Below the pieces are notes generated by a model. It saw only the letters and a program-made list of their open reading frames with translations. It ran no database searches and was not told the DNA's origin. Position numbers and translations under genes: made by a program. Below are positions 53,157 to 64,000 of a stretch of 64,000 nucleotides of DNA, in pieces; the first letter of the stretch is position 1, and every line of letters begins with the position of its first letter. The DNA is from Octopus bimaculoides (taxonomy: Eukaryota): positions 44,407,649 through 44,471,648 of the forward strand of contig NC_068988.1 in the NCBI RefSeq assembly GCF_001194135.2, in the 5' to 3' direction.

Positions 53157-53830
53157 TTCTTATTTCTTTATTGCCCACAAAGGGCTAAACACAGAGGGGA
53201 CAAACAAAGGGATTAAGTCGATTATATCGACCCCAGTGCATATCTGGTACTTATTTAATCGACCCCGAAAGGATGAAAGGCAAAGTCGACCTCGGCGGAA
53301 TTTGAACTCAGAACATAGCAGCAGACGAAATACCACTAAGCATTTTGCCCGGCAGGCAAACGTTTCTACCAGCTCGCCACCTTTACACACAGTTTCTGTC
53401 TTCCAAATTCTACTCACAAAGCATTTTCAACTCAAGACTACAGCACATGGCATTTGTGCAGGGTACCCTGCAGTGGGATCAAACTGAAAACTATGTAGTT
53501 GTGAAGCAAACAGCTTAACCACATGGCTAGTCATGCATCTGCGATTCCCAAAAGTTCATATATATGACTAAATGATATGGTTTAATTAAGAACTAATTGA
53601 ATGTAATCATGAAATTTAGTGAAGTTTAGTAGTAGTATGCATCGGCATAAGTCGATTGGGCAAAACTAAAGAAATGATATTATTTTAACTTTGTCAAATT
53701 CCGCCGAGGTCAACTTTGCCTTTCATCCTTTCAGGGTCGATAAATTAAGTACCAGTTGCATACTGGGGTCGATCTAATCGATTGGCCCCTTCCCCCAAAA
53801 TTTTGGGCCTTGTGCCTAGAGTAGAAAATA
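53157..53830. mobile_element. Inverted pair of young family B SINEs (53157-53385 minus; 53690-53830 plus)
   Basis: Near-identical GCCGAGGTC(G/A)ACTTTGCCTTTCATCCTTTC(G/A)GGGTCGAT cores in opposite orientation. Confidence 0.85.
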
Positions 53831-54599
53831 TTATTTTAGGTTTGTCTCAAGAAAGAAATTATCAAACATTTTCAGGAGAGTCCATCTACCTTACTGGACT
53901 TTGTTTCCAACATTATATCTATATTTCTGCAATCTCTGGTAAAAAGTTCTATTTAGAGCATTGCATATTCCCTCAAGTCTTTAAGCAACTTAACCCAATC
54001 CTATTTTACTTTTTGACTTTCACTAATTCATATTTAACAGCTCTTTTATGGTAAGATATCAACCAGGGAACTTTAGGCTGTTAACTTGACATATTAATTT
54101 TGTCTTTTGAGGCTTTTTAAACTCTTGTATGGAAAGCATAAGCTGACGTTGCGAGGCCAGCTAGAGATACTTCTTTAAGGCATAGTTTCAAGCAAGAGTA
54201 AGGCTGGAAGATGAAGAGGAAGGAATTGAATGAAAGCATTTAAAGAAAGTGATTGGATTTATGTTTAGAATGTAGGGGTCTCTGAATAGGGGTAGTACCT
54301 TTGCTGTCTGGCAGCTGTATATTGTCAGGTATTGTCAGGTGAACCAGCATTCAGCTCCTAATATCTCACCTGATGGTTTCTAGCATCACACCCCAGTACT
54401 CCACTTCAGCTGGTGGGCTAAACCAAGTGAGGACATAGTGTTAACACTGCATCAGTAGGCAAAAGAGTCTAAGTAAGGATTCCCAAGGAATCACCAGCAA
54501 GGGTAGAAGAACCTGCTCAGGTCAGTGGCCTAGAGTTCAGGGTCAAGACATGTCATAGGTTGAGGCATACAGTTGCAGCTAACAGCATTGAGACGAATG

Positions 54600-54815
54600 C
54601 CCATGATACATTCATGATGAAGATGATCAGATTAGGACCCAAACACCAGATCAGTGGTCACCTGGGTTAACATCAAAGAGTAAACAAGCCTCAATTTTAC
54701 TGACTTGCAGAAAACAGCAGGAGACCAAGGCAAGTGGCAAACTCTGGTTGCAATGTCATCAATGAATACCCAAATGACCTCACAGTCAAGGCATTGGAAG
54801 GGAAGAAGGAACCTT
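54600..54815 (+). mobile_element. RTE-like 3' end fragment
   Basis: GPKHQISGH/RW-like remnant, then TAGDQGKWQTLV, typical of RTE C-termini. Confidence 0.35.
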
Positions 54816-54887
54816 AATGCTTATGTCAAAGAATCTAAGTGTACTAAGGAATGAAGTTCTGGTGCTTAACATTTTGTTTCAACAAGA

Positions 54888-55005
54888 TACAGGGTGTTCA
54901 TAAATTATCTTTACAACTTCTATGATTCATTGTATTTTATTGTTTAAATGTGTTGCCGGCAACTAATGGAACCTATGTGGAAGTGTTCTGATGTATGTTA
55001 TAAAA
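54888..55005 (+). mobile_element. Tc1/mariner-type terminal fragment
   Basis: Begins TACAGGGTGTTCATAAATT, similar in type to the reverse of the 34340-34352 end. Confidence 0.4.
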
Positions 55006-55504
55006 CTATTTTTCTTCCAATAGACTCTCCTGAGTTATGCTTTTCTAATTTTTTTCTGAATGTTTCAAAGTGTAAAGGTAATTTTCGGACACCAGGTATA
55101 GTTTATAGAACCTACTAATAAAAAGCTTTTTTTCTTTAATCGCATATACCTTTGATCTCAAATCTGTCAGCATGAACAGAACCTTATTTCTACTACCAGA
55201 TACCACTTTTTCTTCAATATCCCATTTTATCATTAAACCATCTTCTAGTATCTTTAACAATGCCTTATCTTTCAATAAAATATCTTCTAGCATCAATGTA
55301 GATTCTAACCAACAGAGACTAATTCTGCCCAGTGATTCTTTTATCACCTGAATTTCTTTCTAAATCTTATCTGCCACCAGATTATCCGTTATCCTAAGTT
55401 TATTGAGCTTTCTTTGGATCTAACAGCAGTATACTATACTCACTCAAAGAAAGTAGGCTAAGTATTTGTAAAATTAAACTTGTATTTTATTTTGGTGCTA
55501 CATT

Positions 55505-55760
55505 AAAAGCACTGGTGCTGGTGCCACATGAATAAAAAAAAAACACTGACTATACTCTGTAAAGTGGTTGGTGATAGGAAGTGAGTGCGTCCAGCTGTAG
55601 AAACCATGTCAAAACAGATAATGGAACCAGGTGTGATTCCTAGCCTTGCTAGCTCCTGTGAAACCATCCAAACCATGCCAGCATAGAAAACAGATATTAA
55701 ACGATATAATGATGGTGATGATGATGGTGATGATGATGATGGTGATGATGATGATGAGGA
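55505..55760 (+). mobile_element. Family D repeat with (GAT/GGT)n tail
   Basis: AAACCATGCCAGCATAGAAAACAGATATTAAACGATATAATGATGG. Confidence 0.7.
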
Positions 55761-55799
55761 TGAGGATTTGTTTCATTCATTGAGCTGTAGCCTTGGTGA

Positions 55800-55990
55800 G
55801 GCACTGCCTTGATGGGTTTAGTCAGACAAACTAACTCCAGTACTAATCTTGTAGGTCCGGTATTTATTCTCCCACACTCTTTTATTGAACTGCCAAGCTA
55901 TGAGGATGAAAATAAACCAAGACCAGTTGTCAAGAAGTGGTAGGTGGACAAACACAGAAGAAACACACACACACGAAACCCTACAAAACA

Positions 55991-56043
<53 letters not shown>

Positions 56044-56088
56044 AACCCTACAAAACACACACACACACACCAACACACAAAACCCTAC

Positions 56089-56136
<48 letters not shown>

Positions 56137-56569
56137 AAACCCTTCAAAAAACACACACCCAAACAGAATTTCTATCTGTCAAATTCACTTATAAGGCATT
56201 GGCTGGCCTAGGGCTAAAATCGAAGACACTGTCTGTGTCAGTGGGACTGAAACAGAAACCCTGAAGTTGCAAAGTGAGCTGCTTAACTACACTGCTGTGC
56301 CTGCACCTATATCCCTATGGAAACTGCAGAAAATATGAAACAAATACAACACTACAACAAATGGATAAAAAAAAATCCAGTTCTGTGACTTAAAAACAAC
56401 AAGGTATTAACATATCATCAGATACCACCTAGGTGCAGGCATAGCTGTGTGGTAAGAAGCTTGCTTCCCTAATCACATGATTCTGGGTTCAGTCCCACTG
56501 CATGGCACCTTGGGCCGCCCAAAGCCTTGTGAGTGGATTTGGTAGTTGGAAACTAGAAGAAGCTTATTG

Positions 56570-56605
<36 letters not shown>

Positions 56606-56830
56606 GTTGTGTTTATCCTCCACCACTGCTTGACAACTGGTGTTGGTGTGTTTATGTTCCTGTAACATAGCAGTTCAGTAAAAGAGACCAACAGAATAAG
56701 TACCAGGCTTAGGAAAAACAAAATTATGTATTGGGGTTGATACATTCGACTAAAAATTCTTCAAGGTGGTGTCCCAGCTTGGTCGTAGTCTCATGACTGA
56801 AACAAGTGAAATAATAAAGGATAAAAAATA
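55800..56830. mobile_element. Family A SINEs in divergent orientation (55800-56310 minus; 56433-56830 plus)
   Basis: Family A head and tail sequences; the minus copy has a CA-rich interior with four CGAAACCCTACAAAAC-like modules. Confidence 0.75.
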
Positions 56831-56841
56831 GTACTTGTAAG

Positions 56842-56988
56842 CACTAGTGTAGCTAGAGTGTGTACTTCCTGGGGTGGTCCTTCCATTTACCACCCCTTGA
56901 CCCCACAAAAGACACATATTGTCTACAGCAGGCCCAAAAGTGCTGCACAGGGTGGACCGCCCCTACCCCAAGCCCAGCTACGCTAGTG
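56842..56988. mobile_element. 147-bp hAT-type MITE
   Basis: TIRs CACTAGTGTAGCTAG / rc CACTAGCGTAGCTGG (13/15); 8-bp TSD CTTGTAAG / CTTGTAAA. Confidence 0.75.
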
Positions 56989-58006
56989 CTTGTAAAGGCC
57001 ACTATCTGCTCTGTTTCGGTACTTTTATTACGAGCCTTTTGCAGTCAGCTTTTTTGGTTTCATACAGTTTTGATGTAGCTGCTGGTTAGTACAAGTGAGA
57101 GCTCACTTTTTACTGCACATAAAAATGTTGTAAATATTTATAAAGTGTTGCAAATAACAAAAATAATTTACTTAAACTAACTTAATTAACTGATTCTTTC
57201 ATAACTTTAGTTGGTGTGCAGGAGACACTTAGCTGGAACATATGCAGCTGGTGTGTAATTTTATTCATAAACATTTAAAATTGTGTAACTCTGGAACTTA
57301 ATGCAGCAGAGGAAGGACTGAGTTCAGCTGACATTTAACTGTCAAAATTACCGAAATATTTCTACCAAAATGAAATAAAGTCATAAAGAAACCAAGCAGA
57401 AATGAAATATATTCTCAAAAATTCTAAAATGGAGAGAAAATAACAACAACAAAAAACAATAACAAAAAAAAAAGTACTATAATAGTTTCACATCAAAGAC
57501 ATAAAATAAAAAAGATAAAATTCAAAAATGAGGTAAAGAAACCCTAAAGAAACATGATTGAAGACAACTTTTTAAAGAACTCGACTCTATCAATGAACAT
57601 GAAAGACAGGAAGTGTGTTAAGTTTTTAGCCTTCTTCTTTTGATTAAAGCATTTCTTCTTTTCTTGTTTAATGGTTGACACCTGCCTGCAATTTGTGGAA
57701 GACTGAATAACAGTTTAACATAGACATGTTTGTTTGTATGTGGTAGTCTGTGTGAGATGTGTGTGTGAGATGTGTGTGTGTGTGTGTGTATGTGTGTGTG
57801 TGTAGGTGTGATGCATGTGTCTGTATGTATACCTCTGTATGTAAATGTATTTGTGTGCATAATTATGTAGTTAAGAAATTTACTTCACAACCATTCAGTT
57901 CCAGGTTCAATTACACTGTGGAGTGCCTTATTCTGTAACCTTGGGCTGACTGATGCTTTGTGTATAGAATTTAGTTGGGGGTGAAACTGTACAGAATTCT
58001 ATCACA

Positions 58007-58920
58007 CATGCCAGTATGTATGGATGGCTATGATTTTACTCGGCATGAAGTGTCTTCTCAAGTACAATGAATCTCCAGAAGTCCCAGCTCCTTGTCATCT
58101 CCTCAGTGAGGCTCAGTAAAGACAAAAAAAGAGTAGAGGACCCATAAATGGTTACTTAGTAATTCGATATGTATGGATTGATAAATAAACACCAAGCTGA
58201 AATAAGTACTGGGTCTAGTTGCATATGGCAGCTGAAAGTAAACAGCAACTACCAAATTAATAAATGGGAAGTATAAGGTGGTGAACTTTGCAGAATCACT
58301 GGTACGCCTAGCAAAATGTCTGTTTTTACATTCTGTTTTAAAATTCTGCCAAAGTTGACTTTACCCTTCATCGTTTCTGGGCCAATAAAATAAGTACCAG
58401 CTGAGTACTTAGATCAATGTAACCGACTTACTCCCCCCCTTGAAATTGCTGGTCTTGTACTAAAAATTTGAAACCAATAAATGGGAAGTATGGTAGGGAA
58501 GCAGATCAAACATAGATAACTGAAGGTAATGTCATTTATGCATTTTGGATAAGAATATTATACTAAATAGCATCAAAAGCCCAAGAAAATATTTAGATAC
58601 AAGATAAGATGTTTTCGTAGATTTTGCTACTTCAACATGTTTCAGAAGTCTTAGAACCTCATTTCACCATTGCAATGAATACATGTGATAAGGAAAAACA
58701 AGCTAAATACTAGCTCTAACACTTGTTAAACATACTAGCTCACTTAGAAATTTTCGAACCCCAGATATATCTAATTTAAACCCTCATGGGTCCTCTACTC
58801 TTTTCTGTCTTTACTGAGCCTCACCGAGATGACAAGGAGCTGGGACTTCTGGTGATTCACTGTACTTGAGAAGACACTTCATGCTGAGTAAAATCACAGC
58901 CATCCATACATACTGGTATG
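58007..58920. repeat. Inverted repeat, ~135-bp arms, ~640-bp spacer
   Basis: 58007-58145 is about 90% identical to the reverse complement of 58786-58920. Confidence 0.9.
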
Positions 58921-59169
58921 TCCTTTATGACCATGCTCCCTCTCCCTCTCCTAGCCGAGAGGTCTTTATATTGCAGGTGCCAATGCCACATAAAATGCAC
59001 TTTTGTCAGTGCAGTGTAAAATGCACTTGTGTCAGTGCCACATAAATGGACTATGCTGGTGGCATGCAAAAAGCACCAGCACACTCTGTAAAGTGGTTGA
59101 CATTAAGAAGGGCATCCGGCCATAGAAACCATTCCAAAACAGACAATTGGAGCCTGGGCAATTCTCAGA

Positions 59170-59497
59170 TGATGACTGTTGTAATAATGCCTTGCTTAAT
59201 ATGTATTTCACCAATAGACATTTAGGAACTTCACCAAACATTTCTAACTTCTGCTACATATGAAACTCACCATTGAAGAACTTACCCTCTAAAAAAATTA
59301 TTGATGAATGCAAATTTTAATCTTACACTTAACCATTCTAAACCCTAGATATAGCTAACTTATGAATTCCTTACTCTTTTTGTCTTTGCAGATGTAATAA
59401 TGCCTTACTTGATATGTATTTTCACAAAGAGACATATAAGAGCTTTATAAAAAACCTCTAACCTCTGATGCATCTGAAGCTCGCTATTGAAGAACTC
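59170..59497. repeat. Diverged local direct duplication (~110 bp)
   Basis: TGTAATAATGCCTT...ATTGAAGAACT at 59170-59282 and 59393-59497; GATGAATGCAAATTTTAATCT at ~59304 and ~59799. Confidence 0.7.
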
Positions 59498-60029
59498 AAC
59501 TTTTAATTAATAGAGTTAATATTTATCCCCACATAAAGATGGAGGTTGTATTAGAACAAACTTTACTGAGGTAGTTACCATGAAAGAAATTATCATATTC
59601 ACTTTTGGGTGTAAAATGCACTCTTGTTATATTGCTAGCAGGGAGATAGATCCCTGATATCTACAGTTCTGAGACCACCAGATAATGTGATTTCAACCTT
59701 GTTTGGCCTTGTCAATGATGGACACTCGATTGCTATGATGGACACTCAATCTGTATATACAGATTGACAGTGCCAGAACAGGTATTAAGAATCTACAGAT
59801 GAATGCAAATTTTAATCTCACACTCAAACCATTCTTCCCATGTGCTATGAACAAGTGGCTGAGTCTCTATGTGGTAATTCATTCTGCAGGATATAGCAGA
59901 TAAATCTCAGTCATATCACATCCTACTGCTTAAAAAAGAGAAATGACACTGTGTTATGTATTCTTAGATGGATCAGGACTGACCTGAGGCTAACCAACAA
60001 TAAAAAAATCTATATTCTTAATCCTTTTT

Positions 60030-60263
60030 TCAACTCTTCTATTCTTTTACATGTTTCAGCCATATGGCTGTGGCCATGTTGGAGCACCACCTCAAAGGAT
60101 TTTAGTCGAGAAATCGACCCCAGGACTTATTCTTTGTAAGCCTAGTACTTATTCTATCAGTCTGTTTTGCTGCACTGCTAAGTTATAAAGACATAAAAAC
60201 ACTAACATCAGTTGTCAAGTGATGGTGGGGGAACAAACACAGACACAAAGACACACACATAAA

Positions 60264-60295
<32 letters not shown>

Positions 60296-60657
60296 CATGT
60301 ATATATAGGCTTCTTTCAGTTACCATCTACTAAATCCTCTCACAAGGCTTTGGTCAGCCTGAGGCTATAGCAGAAGACACTTACTCAAGGTGCTATGCAG
60401 TAGGACTGAACCCAGAGCCATGTGGTTGGGAAGCGAGCTTCTTACCACACAGCCATGCTTGTGCCTATTATAAACTTTCCTTTGAAAACTTTTTCAAATG
60501 TGAATTTGAGTTTTACATTCTGTAAAACTGTCTGAGAAACTGTCCATATGGTGTTTGTTAGTGTGACAAAAAAACAGAAACCTCCCATCCTAAAGAGTAT
60601 TTATTAGTAAGAAAAACTATGTATTGGAGAGATAGATAGATAGATGGATAGATAAAT

Positions 60658-60690
<33 letters not shown>

Positions 60691-61065
60691 AAGTTTGATT
60701 AATGGTAATCTGTTATTCAATATGTATATTTACTATGTATATATACATATAGTACACACATACACATACACACACATTAAAATTTTGTTTTTCATGTGAG
60801 CAAGGGTTTAGACAACTTTTCAACCACTTTTCACCTTTTCTTTTATTCTTTTATTCTTTTATTCTTTCACTTGTTTCAGTCATCTGTCTGCAGCCATGCT
60901 GGAGCACCGCCTTTAGTCGAACAAATCGACCCCAAGACTTATTCTTTGTAAGCTTAGTACTTATTCTATCAGTGTCTTTCGCTGAACCACTAAGTTACAT
61001 AAACACGCTAACATTGGTTGTCAAGCAATGATGGGGCAGGGGACAAACAGAGACACACAAATACA
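60030..61065 (-). mobile_element. Family A SINEs (60030-60460 full length; 60850-61065 3' half)
   Basis: Reverse-complement family A sequence. Confidence 0.8.
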
Positions 61066-61072
61066 TACATAC

Positions 61073-62158
61073 TTCACTACTTAGATGACCAAGTCTGTAG
61101 TGGAGGTGGATCTTCAGAGAGCATTGCCATTAGAATAAGAATAGCCTGGGCAAAGTTCAGAAAGCTTCTACCTCTACTGGTGGCAAAGGGCCTCTTGCTC
61201 AGAATGAAAGGTAGATTGTATGATGCATGTGTGTGAACTGCCATGCTACATGGCAGTGAAATATGGGCTGTGGCTACTGAAGACATGTGTAGGCTTGAAA
61301 GAAATGAAGCTAGTATGATCCGATGGATGTGTAATGTCAGTGTGCACACACTACAGAGTGTAAGCACCCTGAGAGAAAGGTTGGACATAAGCAGCATCGG
61401 ATGTGGTGTGCAAGAAAAACAACTGCACTGGTATGGTCATGTGCTGTATACAGATGAGGAGAGATGTGTGAAGAAGTGTCACTTCCTAACAGTGGAAGGA
61501 TTACATGGAAGAGGGAGACCCAGGAAAACATGGGATGAGGTGGTGAAGCATGACCTTCGTATGTGAGCCTCACTGAGGCAATAATGAAAGACCGAGATCT
61601 CTGGAGATATGCTGTGATTGAGAAGACCTGGCAAGTAAAGTGAGACCACAGTTGTAGCCTACAGCAGTGTCACATAACCAGCCCATTTAAAAAGTACCTT
61701 TGAATTGTTGAGTGACATGCCGTGCTTGAGGAGACCTATTGAGTCAAGAAAAATCAAAATCAAAATCAAAATCAACTCAAATCTAATCACAATCAAATGG
61801 AAATTGTAGTTGTGGCTGATGCCAGTGCTGCCTGTCTGGCTTCCGTGCTGGTGGCACACAATAAGCACATAATTAGCACCATACATGTGTGGGTCATTGC
61901 CAGTGCTGCCTGCCTGGCTCCCTGTGCCGGTGGCATGTAAAAAGCACCATCTGAACGTGACCCATGCCAGTACTGCCTGACTGGCTTCAGGGGAACATAA
62001 AAAGCACCCAAAGGCATCCAGCTATAGAAACATTGCCAGATCAGATTGGTGTTTGGTGCAGCCTCCTGGCTTGCCAATCCCCAGTCAAACCACCCAACCC
62101 ATGCCAGCATGGAAAATGGTCGTTAAACGGTGACAATGATGATGATGATGATGATGAT
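61073..62158 (+). mobile_element. 5'-truncated RTE-clade LINE with 3' UTR and (GAT)n tail
   Basis: RIRIAWAKFRKLLPLL...GRLYDACV*TAMLHGSEIWA...LHWYGHV...GRGRPRKTWDEVVKHDL; 3' UTR ends in the family D tail. Confidence 0.9.
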
Positions 62159-62168
62159 ACATACATAC

Positions 62169-62224
<56 letters not shown>

Positions 62225-62225
<1 letters not shown>

Positions 62226-62370
62226 GAGCTTCTTTCAGTTTCCATCTACCAAATCCACTCACAAGGATTTGGTCAGCCCGAGGCTATAGTAGAAGATACT
62301 TACCTAAGTTACTATGCAGTGGGACTGAACCTGGAACCCTGTGGTTGGGAAGCAAACTTCTTACCACACT
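62225..62370 (-). mobile_element. SINE family A, 5' half
   Basis: Reverse family A head and body after (TA)n. Confidence 0.8.
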
Positions 62371-62489
62371 TGTTAAAATACTTTGTGCTTTGTATAAGTA
62401 TAACCAATTTATTAGCGATAAGGTTTAACAACACAATCTTATATGCAGCCCCAAGGGCCACATGGACCACTAGTTTAGACAAATATATA

Positions 62490-62770
62490 TGATACAGTTC
62501 TATATTTAAGAGATGAAGAATTATGTGCATTATTTACATTATTTACATTTGACAGATATTTGTCCTCATCTTGTTTGTTGTTAACATAATGTTTCGGCTG
62601 ATATACCCTCCAGCCTTCATCAGGTGTCTTGGGGAAATTTCGAACCTGGGTTCTCATTCCTAAGGTATTTTTTCGATATTATTACTATTATTATTCAGGT
62701 CACTGCCTGGAATTGAACTCAGAAACTTGGGGTTAGTAGCCTGCGCTCTTAACCACTACACCATATGACC
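62490..62770 (-). mobile_element. tRNA-headed non-autonomous element with Penelope-like hammerhead-bearing 3' region
   Basis: Head 62698-62770 (A-box TGGTGTAGTGG, B-box GTTCAATTC, GGTCA/TGACC stem), TAA-rich linker, hammerhead, (AATGTAAAT)n tail. Confidence 0.75.
62584..62629 (-). ncRNA. Hammerhead ribozyme motif with decayed stem III
   Basis: GACAC-CTGATGA-A-GGCTG(gagggtatat)CAGCC-GAAAC-ATT-ATGTT. Confidence 0.6.
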
Positions 62771-63081
62771 GTCAAATATAAATAATGTAAATAATGTTAA
62801 TAATGTACAACTATATATCACTGACGGATTATTTTACAGCTTCATATCCTTCTTGTCACTAATGCTTTCCTGGTTTTTAAGTGAGGGAGCTTTTATTCCA
62901 CACGTTTTTGAAAGCACAGAACCAGCAGACAATTTATTGCCTGGGAAATGACAACAAACTTCATTACTCATACCTCGACAGTTTTCCATGTGAAGCATGC
63001 AAATGTTAATATTCACATACACACATACACACGTGTAGAGACACCCCACTATTGTCATATGTATATATATATATATATATA

Positions 63082-63170
63082 ATTCCCGAGCGTCATACTA
63101 ATACATCCTTTTGTTATTTACGCCACCTGTCCTCGTCTGTTGTTGTTTTTTCGTACATTCTCCCATATAT
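63082..63170 (+). mobile_element. Partial copy of the 15340-15456 Penelope-like repeat, opposite orientation, without the hammerhead
   Basis: TTCCCGAGCGTCATACTAATACATCCTTTTGTTATTTACGCCACCTGTCCTCGTC resembles the reverse of 15345-15410. Confidence 0.55.
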
Positions 63171-63390
63171 ATANNNNNNNNNNNNNNNNNNNNNNNNNNN
63201 NNNNNNTATATATATATATATATATGCATCTGTGTATGTGTGTGTGTATATATATATACATACACACATACATACATCTCTATAACCTATATATCTATAC
63301 ATATATTTATATGCATGTATGTAGGTATGTATTTACACACACAGACAAACAAACACATACAGACACACAGACACATGCACACAGACACAG

Positions 63391-63440
<50 letters not shown>

Positions 63441-63664
63441 GTACATAGACAAATTTGTGATGGCTGGCAAAATCAAGAACAAAAACAATATATATATGCA
63501 CGCACTATAAATATACATACATATATATATGTATACATGTATATATACACATATATACTTATGTATATGCACGCATCATATACACACATACATAATGTAT
63601 ATGCAAAAATACATATATATATAAATGTATATAAATGTATATATATATATATATATATGTATGA

Positions 63665-64000
63665 GGGGAAGCAGATAAGAAAAGATTTGCCAATGTTCTG
63701 CGCCGTGAGGACCAAAGACTCGAGGTATTTCGTGTTGCAAGACAGTGTAGGAGAGAGAATAGTGATGTTGTAGGAGAGAAATGTATTCGCATGGATGATG
63801 GTACGCTTGCACTAAATGAGGCTGCAAAGAAAGAGGTCTGGAGATGCCACTACGATAGATTGCTTAATAAAGAGAATGAATGGGAGGAAGAGAGCCTGCC
63901 GTATGTCGACCCAATAGAGGGACCAGCTATCCGAGTTGATAGTACCAGGGTAGATAAAGCAATTAAGAGTATGAAGACCGGGAAAGCCCCCGGCCCATCA
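63665..64000 (+). mobile_element. RTE-clade LINE ORF fragment (region upstream of RT), uninterrupted, runs off the window
   Basis: 112 open codons [27 protein letters not shown]...EVWRCHYDRLLN...VDKAIKSMKTGKAPGPS. Confidence 0.9.

Overview
AT-rich, gapped, microsatellite- and retroposon-dense animal DNA. The repeat families look like those of a coleoid cephalopod (Octopus-like); this is inferred from recalled repeat content, not a database search. No intact host protein-coding gene can be supported, and most ORF-track entries are artefacts of microsatellites, N-gaps or SINEs. The window is a mosaic of five tRNA-derived or RTE-tailed SINE families, decayed non-LTR elements (RTE, R4/Dong-type RLE, CR1-like), DNA transposon remnants (hAT, Tc1/mariner DD37D, MITEs) and several local inverted duplications. 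Most notable: (i) hammerhead-ribozyme motifs of Penelope-like type, one downstream of a tRNA-derived Pol III head and two in a divergent inverted pair, plus a second variant hammerhead family; (ii) a ~950-bp satellite packed with TTCCTGGAA (STAT/GAS-type) palindromes that starts right after a 22-bp hairpin; (iii) an intron-retaining tRNA-Ile(UAU)-like sequence embedded in a SINE; (iv) a ~6-kb R4/Dong element shredded by nested insertions. Coordinates of decayed repeats are approximate (+/-20 bp).
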